Assembly (NCBI GenBank): GCA_963832165.1
Contig: CAWHTE010000003.1
Span: 263,324 to 327,323 of the forward strand
From: an uncultured delta proteobacterium
GTDB lineage: Bacteria; Myxococcota_A; UBA9160; SMWR01
Reading direction: 5' to 3'
DNA: 64,000 nt
The notes under the pieces were generated by a model. The model did no database searches and had not been told where the DNA came from. It saw only the letters and a program-made list of their open reading frames with translations. Below, piece by piece: positions 20,534 to 31,069 of the stretch (positions are counted from its first letter, which is position 1; every line of letters starts with the position of its first letter). The translations under genes were made by a program, and so were the position numbers.

Positions 20534-21780
20534 AGTCTTCCTCCGCGCGCCGGCGCGTGGTGGTCACGGGAATCGGTTGCGTGACACCGCTGGGGATCGG
20601 TGTCGACGATACGTGGACTGCGGCGATCGCGGGCAAGAGCGGCGTGCGGCGGATTGCGCGCTTCGATGCCGGCGAGTTCGCGTCGCAGATCGCCGGCGAG
20701 GTCCCGGGCGAGCTCGACCTGTCCGACCTGCCCGCGAAGGAGGCGCGGCGTCTCGATCGCACGATCCAGCTCGCGCTGGTCGCGGCGCGCGAGGCGCTCG
20801 AGGGCTCGAAGCTCTCGATCGACGCGTCCAACTGCGAGCGCTTCGGTGTGTCGGTCGGCTCGGGCATCGGCGGCCTCGAGACGATCGAGGAGGGCGTCGA
20901 CGTGCTCGCGCGATCGGGGCCGCGCCGCGTGCCGCCGTTCGTGATCCCGATGACGATCTGCAACATGACGAGCGGCTACATCGCGATCCGCCACGGGCTC
21001 AAGGGATTGAACCTCTGCCACGTGAGCGCGTGCTCGACCGGCGCGCATTCGATCGGCGAAGCCGCGCGCGCGATCGAACGCGGCGACGTGGACGTGATGG
21101 TGGCCGGTGGAACGGAGGCCCCGATCACGCGGATCGGCGTGGCGAGCTTCGCCGCGATGCGCGCGCTCTCCACGCAGAACGACGACCCCGCGAGCGCGAG
21201 CCGCCCGTTCGACCGTGGCCGCGACGGCTTCGTGATGTCCGAGGGGGCGGCCGTGCTCGTGCTCGAGGCCGAGGAGCACGCCCGCGCGCGCGGGGCACCG
21301 ATCCGCGCGCGACTGCTCGGCTACGCGGGTACCGCAGACGCCGCGCACATCGCGCAGCCGACCGAGAACGCCGAGGGGGCGCAGCGCTGCATGCGGCTCG
21401 CGATCGAGGACGCCGACCTCACCGTTTCCGACGTCGATCACGTGAACGCGCACGCCACGAGCACTCCGGCCGGCGATCCGAGTGAGGCCCGCGCGATCCG
21501 CGCCGTGTTCGGCAAGCACGCCGATCGCCTCCCGGTATCCGCGACCAAATCGATGACGGGACACCTGCTCGGTGCGGCGGGTGCCGTCGAGGCGCTCCTC
21601 TGCATCCGCGCAATCGAGACGGGAATCGTGCCGCCGACGATCAACCTCGACAGCGTCGATGACGATTGCGAGCTCGATCACGTCGCGAACGAGTCGCGCC
21701 GGACCGAGGTCCGGGTCGCGCTCTCGAACTCGTTTGGCTTCGGCGGCACGAACGCCTGCCTGGTGTTCGGGCGCGAATAA
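20530..21780 (+). CDS. fabF: 3-oxoacyl-ACP synthase II
   Basis: [15 protein letters not shown], active-site [31 protein letters not shown]. Confidence 0.95.
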   Translation: MKSSSARRRVVVTGIGCVTPLGIGVDDTWTAAIAGKSGVRRIARFDAGEFASQIAGEVPGELDLSDLPAKEARRLDRTIQLALVAAREALEGSKLSIDASNCERFGVSVGSGIGGLETIEEGVDVLARSGPRRVPPFVIPMTICNMTSGYIAIRHGLKGLNLCHVSACSTGAHSIGEAARAIERGDVDVMVAGGTEAPITRIGVASFAAMRALSTQNDDPASASRPFDRGRDGFVMSEGAAVLVLEAEEHARARGAPIRARLLGYAGTADAAHIAQPTENAEGAQRCMRLAIEDADLTVSDVDHVNAHATSTPAGDPSEARAIRAVFGKHADRLPVSATKSMTGHLLGAAGAVEALLCIRAIETGIVPPTINLDSVDDDCELDHVANESRRTEVRVALSNSFGFGGTNACLVFGRE

Positions 21781-21858
21781 GCCCGTCCGCGCGCAGTGAT
21801 AAGGGGGGCGCGTCTCTCCTCGTCGTGGCACACTGCCCGCCTCCATCCGAGGCACCCC

Positions 21859-23562
21859 ATGGGCGACGCGATCGTCATCGCCAGCGACCACCGCGGCACG
21901 AAGCTCAAGGCGGCGCTGCGCGAGCGGCTCGAAGCGCAGGGTCATAGCGTCACCGACGTCGGCTCGTTCGGCGACGACTCCGTCGACTATCCCGACTACG
22001 CCGCGGCCGCTGCGCGCGCGGTGTCGCGCGGCGACGTGCCGCGCGGGATCGTGATCTGCGGCAGCGGGCTCGGCGTCAGCTACACCGCGAACCGCTTCCC
22101 GGGCGTGCGCGCGGCCTGGGTGCAGGACGTCGAGGCGGTGCGCATGGCGCGCGAGCACAACGACGCCAATATGCTCGCACTGCCGGGCGATCGGCTCGAC
22201 GTCGAGCGCGCCTGGCCGCTCGTCTCCACCTGGCTCGAGACGCCGTTCGAGGGCGGGCGCCACGCGCGGCGCGTCGAGAAGATCGACACGCTGTCGTCGG
22301 GTGCGGGCTCGATGCGCGCGCTTGAGCAGGCCGATCCCGACATCGCCGATTGCATCCGGCGCGAGGCGCGCCGCCAGGCGACCGGCATCGAGCTGATCGC
22401 TTCGGAGAACTTCGTCTCGGAAGCGGTGCTCGAGGCCGCGGGCTCGGTGTGCACGAACAAGTACGCGGAGGGCTATCCGGGCCGGCGCTACTACGGCGGC
22501 TGCGAAGTCGTCGACGAGATCGAATCGCTCGCGATCGCGCGCGCGCTCGAGCTGTTCGGCGCCGATCACGCCAACGTTCAGCCGCACGCGGGCTCGCAGG
22601 CGAACGAGGCCGTGTACCGCGCCGTCTGCGAAGTGGGCGACACCGTGCTCGCGATGAACCTCGACCACGGCGGCCACCTCACGCACGGCAGCCCCGTGAA
22701 CTTCTCGGGCAAGCTGTACAAGATCGTCCCGTACGGCGTGCGACGCGACACCGAGCAGATCGACTACGAAGAACTGCGCCGCCTAGCGCTCGAGCACCGC
22801 CCCAAGATGATCCAGTGCGGCACCACCGCCTACTCGCGCCAGCTCGACTTCGCGGCGTTCCGCTCGATCGCCGACGAGGTGGGAGCGGTGCTGTTCGCCG
22901 ATATCGCGCACATCGCGGGGCTGGTCGTGAGCGGACTCCACCCGAGCCCGATCGGCTGCGCGCAGATCGTCACGACCACCACGCACAAGACGCTGCGCGG
23001 GCCGCGCGGCGGCCTGATTCTGTGCGACAACGAGTGGGCGAAGAAGATCGACAGCGCGGTGTTCCCGGGCGGGCAGGGCGGACCGCTCATGCACATCATC
23101 GCAGCCAAGGCGGTCGCGTTCCGCGAGGCGGCGAAGCCGGCGTTCCGCGACTACTGCGCGGCGGTGATCGCCAATGCGAAGGCGCTCGCGGCGGGTGTTT
23201 CGCGCGCGGGCTTCAAGGTCGTGTCGGGCGGAACCGACACGCACCTGTTCCTGCTCTCGCTCGTCGATCGCGACACCACGGGCAAGGGCGCCGAAGCGGC
23301 ACTCGGCCGCGCCGGCATCACCGCGAACAAGAACATGGTTCCGTTCGATCCGCGCAAGCCGGCCGTGACTTCGGGCGTGCGCATCGGCACGCCTGCAGTG
23401 ACGACGCGCGGAATGCGCGCGCCCGAGATGGAGCAGATCGCCGGATGGATTGCGCGCGTGCTCGAGCGTCCTGGCGACGTGGAGGAGCTCGACGCGATTC
23501 GCGTCGAGGTGGAGGCGCTGTGCCGGCGGTTCCCGCTCTACGCCGGGCATTGGAGCGAGTGA
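21859..23562 (+). CDS. glyA: in-frame fusion ORF: ribose-5-phosphate isomerase B domain (21859-22311) + serine hydroxymethyltransferase (22312-23562)
   Basis: RpiB part: [13 protein letters not shown]...[17 protein letters not shown]...[13 protein letters not shown]. After an 11-residue linker with no stop codon comes [34 protein letters not shown]...[14 protein letters not shown] (GlyA PLP-Lys motif). Confidence 0.85.
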   Translation: MGDAIVIASDHRGTKLKAALRERLEAQGHSVTDVGSFGDDSVDYPDYAAAAARAVSRGDVPRGIVICGSGLGVSYTANRFPGVRAAWVQDVEAVRMAREHNDANMLALPGDRLDVERAWPLVSTWLETPFEGGRHARRVEKIDTLSSGAGSMRALEQADPDIADCIRREARRQATGIELIASENFVSEAVLEAAGSVCTNKYAEGYPGRRYYGGCEVVDEIESLAIARALELFGADHANVQPHAGSQANEAVYRAVCEVGDTVLAMNLDHGGHLTHGSPVNFSGKLYKIVPYGVRRDTEQIDYEELRRLALEHRPKMIQCGTTAYSRQLDFAAFRSIADEVGAVLFADIAHIAGLVVSGLHPSPIGCAQIVTTTTHKTLRGPRGGLILCDNEWAKKIDSAVFPGGQGGPLMHIIAAKAVAFREAAKPAFRDYCAAVIANAKALAAGVSRAGFKVVSGGTDTHLFLLSLVDRDTTGKGAEAALGRAGITANKNMVPFDPRKPAVTSGVRIGTPAVTTRGMRAPEMEQIAGWIARVLERPGDVEELDAIRVEVEALCRRFPLYAGHWSE

Positions 23563-23608
23563 CTCTCGCAGGATCTCCAGTGCCGAGAGCCGGCCAGGTC
23601 TCCTAACC

Positions 23609-24064
23609 GTGCGTTGTCCCTACTGTGCGGACTCGTCCAACCGGGTGATCGACTCGCGGCTCGGCCGCGACGGCACCGAGATCCGCCGCCGCCGCGAATG
23701 CATCGAGTGCGGGCGGCGCTTCACGACGCGCGAGCGCGTCGAGGAGGTGCTGCCGAAGGTCGTGAAGCGCGACGAGCGCCGCGAAGACTTCTGGCGCGAG
23801 AAGATCCTCGTTGCCGTGCGCAAGGCATGCGAGAAGCGCCCCGTCTCCGCGGACGCGCTCGATCGCCTGGTCGATCGCGTCGAGCGCGGCGCACAAGAGC
23901 TCGGACTGAAGGAGGTGAGTACGCGCGCGATCGGCGAGCGCGTGCTCGCGGAGCTCGTCGAGCTCGACACGCTCGCGGCGGCGCGCTTCGCCTCGGTGTT
24001 CCGGAACTTCGAGAACGCCGACGACTACGCCGCGTTCTTCCGCGATCTCGAGAAGGCGCGGTGA
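23609..24064 (+). CDS. nrdR: transcriptional repressor NrdR
   Basis: GTG start. VRCPYCADSSNRVIDSR...CIECGRRFTTRE zinc ribbon plus ATP-cone. Confidence 0.9.
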   Translation: MRCPYCADSSNRVIDSRLGRDGTEIRRRRECIECGRRFTTRERVEEVLPKVVKRDERREDFWREKILVAVRKACEKRPVSADALDRLVDRVERGAQELGLKEVSTRAIGERVLAELVELDTLAAARFASVFRNFENADDYAAFFRDLEKAR

Positions 24065-25197
24065 CGCCCGAGCACGCGATGCGGCTCGCGCTCGCGGAGG
24101 CGCGCCGCGCGAGCGGCCGCACGTTTCCGAATCCGCCGGTCGGCGCCGTGGTGTTCCGCGGCGAGCGCGTGCTCGGCCGCGGCCACACGCGCCCGGTCGG
24201 CGGAGCGCACGCCGAGGTTCTCGCGATCGAAGCGGCGACGCGCCGCCACGGCGCGCGCGCGTTGCGCGGTGCGTCGCTCGCGGTGACGCTCGAGCCGTGC
24301 TCGCACGTGGGCCGCACCCCGCCGTGTGCGGATCGCGTGATCGACGCGGGGCTCGCGCGCGTCTGGATCGGACACCGCGACCCGCACCCCGCGGTGGCGG
24401 GGCGAGGCGTCGCGCGCCTGCGCCGCGCCGGCGTGCGCGTGGAGATCGGCACACTCGAGCGTGAGTGCCGCGAGCAGCACCGCGGCTTCCTGTGCGTGCT
24501 CGCGTCGGGGCGGCCGTTCGTAGCCCTCAAGCTCGCCGCCACGCTCGACGGGCGAATCGCCACGGCGGCGGGTGAATCGCGCTGGATCACGGGTCCAGAG
24601 GCGCGTGCGGCCGGACACCGGCTGCGGCGCCGTGTCGACGCCATCTGGGTCGGCGCGCAGACCGCGCTCGCGGACGATCCCGAGCTCACCGCGCGTGTGG
24701 GAGGTCGCGTCGTGCACCGCCCCGTGCGGCTCGTCGCGGACACCCGCCTGCGGCTCCCGCCCGGTGCGCGCATGCTGCGCGGCGCTCCGGGCTCTACCTG
24801 GGTACTCTGCGGCGCGGGAGCGCCGCGCGCACGGCGTCGGGCGCTCGAGGCGGCGGGCGCGCGCGTGCTCGAGCTGCCGCGCGATGGAGATCGACTGGAC
24901 CTGCGCCGCGCGCTGCGGCGCCTCTCGCAAGAGGGATTGACCGAGATTCTCGTGGAAGGTGGCGGACAACTCGCAGCCGGATTGCTGCGCCGGTCGCTCG
25001 TGGACGAGCTGCACTGGTTCACGGCGCCGCTCGTGATCGGCGCCGACGGCCGCGCTGCGCTCGGAGCACTCGGAGTGCGCGCGTTGGCCGCGGCGCCGCG
25101 CCTGGCCGCCGTCTCGCTGCGCCGCGTGGGGGAAAGTGCGCACTGGGTCGGGCGCTTCGCGCCCGCGGGCGGCCGCGCGCGCGGGGTCGCGCTGTGA
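24061..25197 (+). CDS. ribD: bifunctional riboflavin biosynthesis deaminase/reductase
   Basis: GTGA overlap with nrdR. Deaminase motif HAEVLAI...TLEPCSHVGRTPPC, then reductase domain KLAATLDGRIA. Confidence 0.9.
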   Translation: MTPEHAMRLALAEARRASGRTFPNPPVGAVVFRGERVLGRGHTRPVGGAHAEVLAIEAATRRHGARALRGASLAVTLEPCSHVGRTPPCADRVIDAGLARVWIGHRDPHPAVAGRGVARLRRAGVRVEIGTLERECREQHRGFLCVLASGRPFVALKLAATLDGRIATAAGESRWITGPEARAAGHRLRRRVDAIWVGAQTALADDPELTARVGGRVVHRPVRLVADTRLRLPPGARMLRGAPGSTWVLCGAGAPRARRRALEAAGARVLELPRDGDRLDLRRALRRLSQEGLTEILVEGGGQLAAGLLRRSLVDELHWFTAPLVIGADGRAALGALGVRALAAAPRLAAVSLRRVGESAHWVGRFAPAGGRARGVAL

Positions 25198-25679
25198 AGT
25201 TGTTCGCGGGATCGTCCGGATCGGCTCCGCTGCGCTTCGCGGTAGTGGTGTCGCGCTTCAACCACCTCGTGTCGGTGCGCCTGCTCGAGGGCTGCACGGC
25301 CGAGCTCTCGCGGCGTGGCGTCGCCGCCGAAGACGTCCACGTCGCCTGGGTGCCCGGCGCGTTCGAGATTCCGCAGACCGCGCGCGCTCTCGCCGACACG
25401 CGGCGCTACGACGCGATCATCGCGCTCGGCGTCGTGATCCGCGGCGGCACGCCGCACTTCGACTACGTGTGTCGCGGTGTCACCGACGGCGTGCGCGAAG
25501 TGATGCGCGACACCGGCGTACCGGTGGCGTTCGGCGTGCTCACCACCGACGACGTCGACCAGGCGCTCGACCGCGCGGGCGGCGAGCACGGCAACAAGGG
25601 ACGCGACGCCGCGCAGGTGGCGATCGAGATGGCGCGCTTGCTGCCCGCGCTGCGCGAGCGGCCCGGAGGTACGCCGTGA
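25194..25679 (+). CDS. ribH: 6,7-dimethyl-8-ribityllumazine synthase
   Basis: RFAVVVSRFN...VPGAFEIP...GVVIRGGTPHFDYV. Confidence 0.9.
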   Translation: MKLFAGSSGSAPLRFAVVVSRFNHLVSVRLLEGCTAELSRRGVAAEDVHVAWVPGAFEIPQTARALADTRRYDAIIALGVVIRGGTPHFDYVCRGVTDGVREVMRDTGVPVAFGVLTTDDVDQALDRAGGEHGNKGRDAAQVAIEMARLLPALRERPGGTP

Positions 25680-26110
25680 GCGCGAAGCGTCCCGCGCCGC
25701 GCCGCGATTCGCGCCGGCTCGCGCTCCAGGTGCTCTACGCGGCAGACCTCGCGCCCAGCACTGTGCCCGAGGCCACGTTCGAGCGCGTGGCGGAGAACTT
25801 CGACCTGAATCCGGGTGCGCTCGTGTTCGCGAAGGAGCTCGTGTGCGGCACGATGGCTGCACGCGACGAGATCGACGCGCAGATCACCCAGCACGCGCGC
25901 AACTGGCGGATCGAGCGCATGGCCGCGGTCGATCGCAACCTGCTCCGCCTCGCGGTCTACGAGCTCCTGCGCACCGACACGCCCACGCAGGTCGTGATCA
26001 ACGAAGCGGTCGAGCTCGCGCACGACTTCGGCGGCGAGCGCTCGCCCGCGTTCATCAATGGCGTGCTCGATGCGGTCGCGCGCAGCTGCGCGCGCCCCGG
26101 AGAGGCCTGA
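25676..26110 (+). CDS. nusB: transcription antitermination factor NusB
   Basis: GTGA overlap with ribH. RRLALQVLYAADL...RMAAVDRNLLRLAVYEL...INEAVELA...FINGVLD. Confidence 0.9.
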   Translation: MSAKRPAPRRDSRRLALQVLYAADLAPSTVPEATFERVAENFDLNPGALVFAKELVCGTMAARDEIDAQITQHARNWRIERMAAVDRNLLRLAVYELLRTDTPTQVVINEAVELAHDFGGERSPAFINGVLDAVARSCARPGEA

Positions 26111-26113
26111 GCG

Positions 26114-26722
26114 GTGCCGCAGCTCGGACTCGCGCCGGCCGCGATCGAGCGCGTGCGCGCTGATCTCGCGGTGGTGCCGCTGTTCGCGGCCGAGCGCCCG
26201 CTGCGCGCGGCCGCGGGCCGCGTCGACTGGCGCCTGTGCGGCCGGCTCTCGCACCTGTTCGCGGGCGAGCGGCTCTCGGGCGCGTTCGGCGAAGCGGTGC
26301 TGATCCCGGGCGGGGGCGGCATGTGCGCACCGCGCGTGATCGGCATCGGCGCTGGCGAGCGCGCGTCGATCGACGCCGCGCTCTGGGAGCGCTGGGTGAA
26401 CGATGCGTTCGAGCGTTCGCGCGGGCTCTCCGCGCAGCGCATCGTGATCGCGCTGCCCGAGCTCGAGGTCCCGCTCGCGGAGCGGCTCGCTCTACTCGCG
26501 CAATGCGCTGCCCGCGTGACGCTGCCCGCGGAGATCGAGATCGCGCCCGAGCCCGGCGACCTTCCGGGCACCACGGATTGGCTGCGCGGTGCCGCCCGGC
26601 GCTCGCGGCCCGAAGGTCTACAGATCCGTTTGCCCGCCGATCTCTCGGTCCCCCAGGGGGCCGATCCCGAACCCACGCGAGCCTGGTCAAGTCAGGAACC
26701 TGCCGGCCGATTCTCTCGTTGA
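26114..26722 (+). CDS. hypothetical protein resembling the non-catalytic N-terminal domain of M17 aminopeptidases
   Basis: The pattern DLAVVPLFAAERPL...GRVDWRLCGRLS...FGEAVLIPGGG...RVIGIGAGE recalls the Peptidase_M17 N-domain. No catalytic domain is present. This is a weak call made from memory of the family. Confidence 0.4.
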   Translation: MPQLGLAPAAIERVRADLAVVPLFAAERPLRAAAGRVDWRLCGRLSHLFAGERLSGAFGEAVLIPGGGGMCAPRVIGIGAGERASIDAALWERWVNDAFERSRGLSAQRIVIALPELEVPLAERLALLAQCAARVTLPAEIEIAPEPGDLPGTTDWLRGAARRSRPEGLQIRLPADLSVPQGADPEPTRAWSSQEPAGRFSR

Positions 26723-26773
26723 AGGGGTATCGCGACCGGGTGCATTCCCGAGCCGCGGTGCCGCAGGGGTGGG

Positions 26774-28468
26774 ATGAGTCTCGTCGGCAGCCTCGAGGAC
26801 CTGGGCCTCGCGGACATTCTCCAGATCGTGAGTTTGTCGCGGAAGTCCGGGATGCTGATGCTCCGCTCGGAGAGCGGTGACGGCCGGATCATGCTCCGCG
26901 ACGGGCTGGTCCAGGGTGCCGCGATCAAGGGCGAGGCCGAAGACCTGCGCGCAGTGCTCCTGTCCCAGGGATGTGTCGAGGCGGGAGCGTTCGATCGCGC
27001 GCGCAGTCTCGCGGGCGCCGAATCGCTCGCGCTCGACGAGGCGCTGCAGCGCGAGTGCGGACTGACGCCCGATCGCCTCGCGTCGCTGCGCCGCGCGCAC
27101 GTGGAGCGCTCGGTGATCCGGATGTTCGGCTGGCGCAGTGGCGAGTTCAGCTTCGAGATCCGCGACGAGCTCACCGCGGACGATCGCGAACTGCTGCTGC
27201 CGACAGGACTCTCCACCCAGTACCTCGCGATCGAAGCCACGCGGCAGGGAGACGAGCTCGCGCAGGCGGGTGGCGCGTCGCGCATCGATCCGTTCGCCGA
27301 TAGCGACGCCGACATCGAGGAGCCCGTGTTCAGCGGTGAGGAGAGTGCGGTCGACACGCTCGCGCTCGGCACCGCACACCGCGCCGACGCCGACCCCGAG
27401 TTCGCGCCCGACGAGGCGCCCGCGGCCGCCGAGGTGGTGATCGCGGGCCCCGAGGCGGGGCCGACCGAGATCGCTGTGTCCGTGCTTCCCGCTGCGGAGC
27501 CGCGCGCAGCGGCGGCGGGCCACCTCGTGGCGATCGACTCCGACCTCTCGAGTCTCGAATGGCTCAAGGACTCGCTCGACGGACTCTGCAAGCGCGTGCA
27601 CATCTTCCAGCACCGCGATGCGGCGTTCGATCGCGTTCGCCAGTACTTGATGCGCGGAGTCGTTCCGACCGTCGTCGTCAGCGACGCGAGCCGCGAGCCG
27701 CGCAGCACGGAGCTGTCGAGCTTCGTGCGGCGGCTGCGCGCAATCGCACCCGCGATTCCGATCCTGGCGCTGAGACCCGAGCACGCGGGCGAACGCGTGC
27801 CCGAGGGCGCCGACGGCGTGGTCTTCCGTCCCAACTCGCCCACGGCCGATCGCCGGCGCTGGCATCTCTATCACGCGCTCGCGACGCGGCTGCGCGCGGA
27901 GCTCGAGCCGTGGGTGCGCGGCGAGCACGACGCCAGCGCGCGGCGCCGCGCCCAGGGCGCGCTCGCGCGGCTCAAGCGCGCGAGCGAGCGGCTGCGCGAT
28001 CCGTCGACGCAGGGCGAGGTCCTCTCGCTCGTGCTCGACTTCGCGGCCGAGTCGTTCGCGCGCGTGGCGATGTTCATGGTGCGCGACGAGGTGGCGGTCG
28101 GAATGGCGCAGCGCGGTCTGCCTCCCACGGGGGGCCCCGACGACGAGCGCATGCGCGCGATCGAGCTGGCTCCCGATGCGATGCCCGAGCTGTTCGAGGC
28201 AGTGCTCGAGCGGCGCGCGGCGCATCGCGCAGCGATCAGGGGCCCGCGCGACAGGGCACTCGCGACGCTGCTCGGCGCGGCGGCCCCGGGGGAGGCCTAC
28301 GTGGCCCCGATCGAGAGCGGCGGGCGGGTGGTCGCGCTGATCTACGCCGACAACCTGCCGGACGAGAAGCCGCTGGGGGACCCCACGGCGTTCGAGATCG
28401 TGCTGCACGAGGCGGGTCTCGTGCTCGACCGCGCGGTGCTCGAGCGCGCTCTCGCAGAGCGAAGTTAA
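26774..28468 (+). CDS. PATAN/DUF4388 domain protein with receiver-like middle and GAF-like C-terminal domain (564 aa)
   Basis: The N-terminus MSLVGSLEDLGLADILQIVSLSRKSGMLMLRS is the DUF4388 signature. The middle HLVAIDSD...VVVSDAS...IPILAL is receiver-like. The C-terminus ...VAPIESGGRVVALIYADN is GAF-like. Confidence 0.7.
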   Translation: MSLVGSLEDLGLADILQIVSLSRKSGMLMLRSESGDGRIMLRDGLVQGAAIKGEAEDLRAVLLSQGCVEAGAFDRARSLAGAESLALDEALQRECGLTPDRLASLRRAHVERSVIRMFGWRSGEFSFEIRDELTADDRELLLPTGLSTQYLAIEATRQGDELAQAGGASRIDPFADSDADIEEPVFSGEESAVDTLALGTAHRADADPEFAPDEAPAAAEVVIAGPEAGPTEIAVSVLPAAEPRAAAAGHLVAIDSDLSSLEWLKDSLDGLCKRVHIFQHRDAAFDRVRQYLMRGVVPTVVVSDASREPRSTELSSFVRRLRAIAPAIPILALRPEHAGERVPEGADGVVFRPNSPTADRRRWHLYHALATRLRAELEPWVRGEHDASARRRAQGALARLKRASERLRDPSTQGEVLSLVLDFAAESFARVAMFMVRDEVAVGMAQRGLPPTGGPDDERMRAIELAPDAMPELFEAVLERRAAHRAAIRGPRDRALATLLGAAAPGEAYVAPIESGGRVVALIYADNLPDEKPLGDPTAFEIVLHEAGLVLDRAVLERALAERS

Positions 28469-28571
28469 GAAGTCTCCACATACCCGCACCCCGGCCGTAG
28501 CAAGTGCGCGGAAGTCCGCCCGCCACCTCAAGAAGTCGGTTGGCGGCGCCGATAATTCCCGTGGGCCCGCT

Positions 28572-28588
28572 GCAAGCTTCGCGCAGCG
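28572..28588. repeat. partial copy of the interspersed intergenic repeat (family member C)
   Basis: gcaagcttcgcgcagcg is identical to the first 17 nt of the 17374 copy. It lies in the intergenic region upstream of cheY. Confidence 0.5.
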
Positions 28589-28621
28589 TGCTCTAGGCCA
28601 TTCGATCGCGGGGGAGGCGCC

Positions 28622-28999
28622 GTGCCGCGGATCCTGATCGTGGAAGATTCACCGACCATGCGGTCGCTGCTCACCTCCTCGCTGGAGGAGCTCGAGGGCG
28701 TCGTGAAGATCACGGAGGTCGCGAGCGGATTCGAAGCGCTGCGCCACCTGCCGCGCGAGCAGTTCGACCTGATCGTCACCGACATCAACATGCCGGACAT
28801 CAACGGTCTCGAGCTGGTGTCGTTCGTGAAGAACAACGCCGCCTATCGCGACATACCGCTCGTGATCGTGTCGACCGAGGGGTCCGAGCGCGACCGCGAC
28901 AAGGGCCTCGGCCTCGGCGCCGACGCGTATCTCGTGAAGCCCTTCGCGCCGGAGGTGCTGCGCGACCTGGCGCAGCGGCTGCTGGACGGCGCGGAGTAG
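28622..28999 (+). CDS. cheY: CheY-like single-domain response regulator
   Basis: RILIVEDSPTMR...DLIVTDINMPDINGLEL...PLVIVSTEG...GADAYLVKPF carries all the receiver acidic, Thr and Lys positions. Confidence 0.9.
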   Translation: MPRILIVEDSPTMRSLLTSSLEELEGVVKITEVASGFEALRHLPREQFDLIVTDINMPDINGLELVSFVKNNAAYRDIPLVIVSTEGSERDRDKGLGLGADAYLVKPFAPEVLRDLAQRLLDGAE

Positions 29000-29008
29000 G
29001 TCGGCGCC

Positions 29009-31069
29009 GTGGCGAAGAAGGGCGGCATGCGCGGCAGCAACAAGGCGGACCGCGAGTTCGTTTCCGAGGCCGAAGAGATCCTCGAGACGATGCGCGCGCG
29101 GCTCGCGGATCTCTCGGACCGCCTCGGCGCAGGCGCCGAGGCGGATCCGGACCTCGTCAACGCGCTATTCCGCGCGGCGCACTCGCTCAAGGCGCTGGCC
29201 GGAATGTTTCGCTTCGATCCGATCGAAGCCCTTGCGCACCGGCTCGAGGACGCGCTCGACGGACTCCGGCTCGGGCGCGTTGCGCTCTCGGCACCGCTGC
29301 TCGCGTGGATCGACGACGTGGTCGCTCTGTTCGCGGCGCTGCTCGAGCAGGTCGGCGACAGCGCGGCACTCGCCCAATCCGCCGCGCGGATCGAGGCGCT
29401 CACCGCGGGCGTCGGCGCGCCGGCGGCGCAGAGCGCGCCGGAGGACGAGTTCGCAGCGCTCGATCTCGATCCGCGCGTGCTGCGCGCGCTCACCGAGTAC
29501 GAGGAGCATCGGCTGCGCGAGAACCTGCGCCGGGGCCGCCACATCGCGCTCGTCGACGCACCGTTCGAGATCAAGACCTTCGAGGAGGGACTCGCGGAGC
29601 TCTCGGGCGCACTGCGCGAGATCGGCGAGGTGCTCTCCACGCTGCCGTCTCCGGGCGACTCGCTCGAATCGCAGATCCGCTTCTCGCTGCTCGTGGCGAC
29701 CGATCTCTCCGCGGCGGAGCTGGCCACGCGCGCGGAGTTTCCCGGCGCCACGGTGCGCACGGTGCACGCGGGACGCGCGGTGGCACCGGTCGCCGTCGCC
29801 GAGCCGGTCGCGCCCGCACCCGTGGAGCCGGAGACCGACGCTCCCGCGCCGATCCCGGAGCTCGAGTCGCTCAAGTCGATCAGCGACACGGTGCGCGTCG
29901 ACATCCGCAAGCTCGACGATCTCATGAACCTGGTCGGCGAGCTCGTGATCCAGCGCGGGGCGATCGGCGACCTGGTCGCGCGTCTGGTGTCGCGCAGCGA
30001 CACCGCGCGGATCGGCAGCGAGTTCGCCAAGGTGCACAAGAGCCTCGACCGCAAGCTCCGCGAGCTGCAGTCCGCGGTGCTCGAAGTGCGGATGGTCCCG
30101 CTGCGCCAGGTGTTCGAGAAGGTCTCGCGCGTCGTGCGGCGGCTGCGGCGCGAGCTCGGCAAGCAGGTGGAGCTCGAGATCCGCGGCGCCGACACCGAGC
30201 TCGACAAGCTGATCGTCGAGGCGCTGGTCGATCCGCTGATGCACGTGGTGCGCAACGCCCTCGATCACGCGATCGAAACCGCTGACGAGCGCCGCGCGCT
30301 GGGCAAGGACGAGACCGGCTCGATCGCGATCGATGCGTTCCAGCGCGGTAGCCACGTGGTGATCCAGGTGCGCGACGACGGGCGCGGGATCGACCGCGAG
30401 GCGGTGCGCCGCCGCGCCGAGCAGCTCGGGCGCGTCGAGCCGGGCGCAGTGCTCACGGAGAAGGAGACGCTCGATCTGGTCTTCGTGCCGGGCATCTCGA
30501 CGCGCGATCAGGTCACCGAAACGAGCGGCCGCGGCGTCGGCATGGACATCGTGCGCTCGAACCTCGCATCGCTCGGCGGCGTCGTGGACATCGATTCGAC
30601 GCCGGGCCGCGGCACCGCGATCGCGATGACGCTGCCGATCACGCTCGCGATCATCCAGTCGCTGATCGTCGGGGTGCGCGACCGCCGCTTCGCGATCCCG
30701 CTCAACTCGGTGCTCGAGACGCTCGTGATCGATCCGAACACGATCCAGCTCTCCGAAGGGCGGAGCCTCTTGAATCTGCGCGGCGAGCCGCTGCTGCTGC
30801 GCCGGCTCGACGACGAGTTCGGGCTCGCGGGCGGCGCGCGCGCAGCGCGCCCGTGCGTGATCGTGGTCGGGATCGGCGATCAGCGCGTGGGCCTCGTCGT
30901 CGACCGCCTCGAGGGCCAGCAGGACACCGTGATCAAGCCGATCCAGGGCCCCGTGCAGAATCTGCGCGGGATCGCGGGCGCCACCGACCTCGGCGATCAG
31001 GATCCCGTGCTCGTGCTCGATCTCTCGGCGCTCGTCGAGGACGCGTTGCGGCGCAGGGAGGCGGCGTGA
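29009..31069 (+). CDS. cheA: chemotaxis histidine kinase CheA
   Basis: Hpt motif FRAAHSLKALAGMF, dimerisation and HATPase motifs (RNALDHAIE, DDGRGID, GRGVGMDIV), and a C-terminal CheW-like domain. Confidence 0.9.
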   Translation: MAKKGGMRGSNKADREFVSEAEEILETMRARLADLSDRLGAGAEADPDLVNALFRAAHSLKALAGMFRFDPIEALAHRLEDALDGLRLGRVALSAPLLAWIDDVVALFAALLEQVGDSAALAQSAARIEALTAGVGAPAAQSAPEDEFAALDLDPRVLRALTEYEEHRLRENLRRGRHIALVDAPFEIKTFEEGLAELSGALREIGEVLSTLPSPGDSLESQIRFSLLVATDLSAAELATRAEFPGATVRTVHAGRAVAPVAVAEPVAPAPVEPETDAPAPIPELESLKSISDTVRVDIRKLDDLMNLVGELVIQRGAIGDLVARLVSRSDTARIGSEFAKVHKSLDRKLRELQSAVLEVRMVPLRQVFEKVSRVVRRLRRELGKQVELEIRGADTELDKLIVEALVDPLMHVVRNALDHAIETADERRALGKDETGSIAIDAFQRGSHVVIQVRDDGRGIDREAVRRRAEQLGRVEPGAVLTEKETLDLVFVPGISTRDQVTETSGRGVGMDIVRSNLASLGGVVDIDSTPGRGTAIAMTLPITLAIIQSLIVGVRDRRFAIPLNSVLETLVIDPNTIQLSEGRSLLNLRGEPLLLRRLDDEFGLAGGARAARPCVIVVGIGDQRVGLVVDRLEGQQDTVIKPIQGPVQNLRGIAGATDLGDQDPVLVLDLSALVEDALRRREAA

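Noticed and set aside
20506-22686. 726-aa minus-strand ORF
   Set aside because: Antisense to fabF, rpiB and glyA. High-GC shadow ORF.
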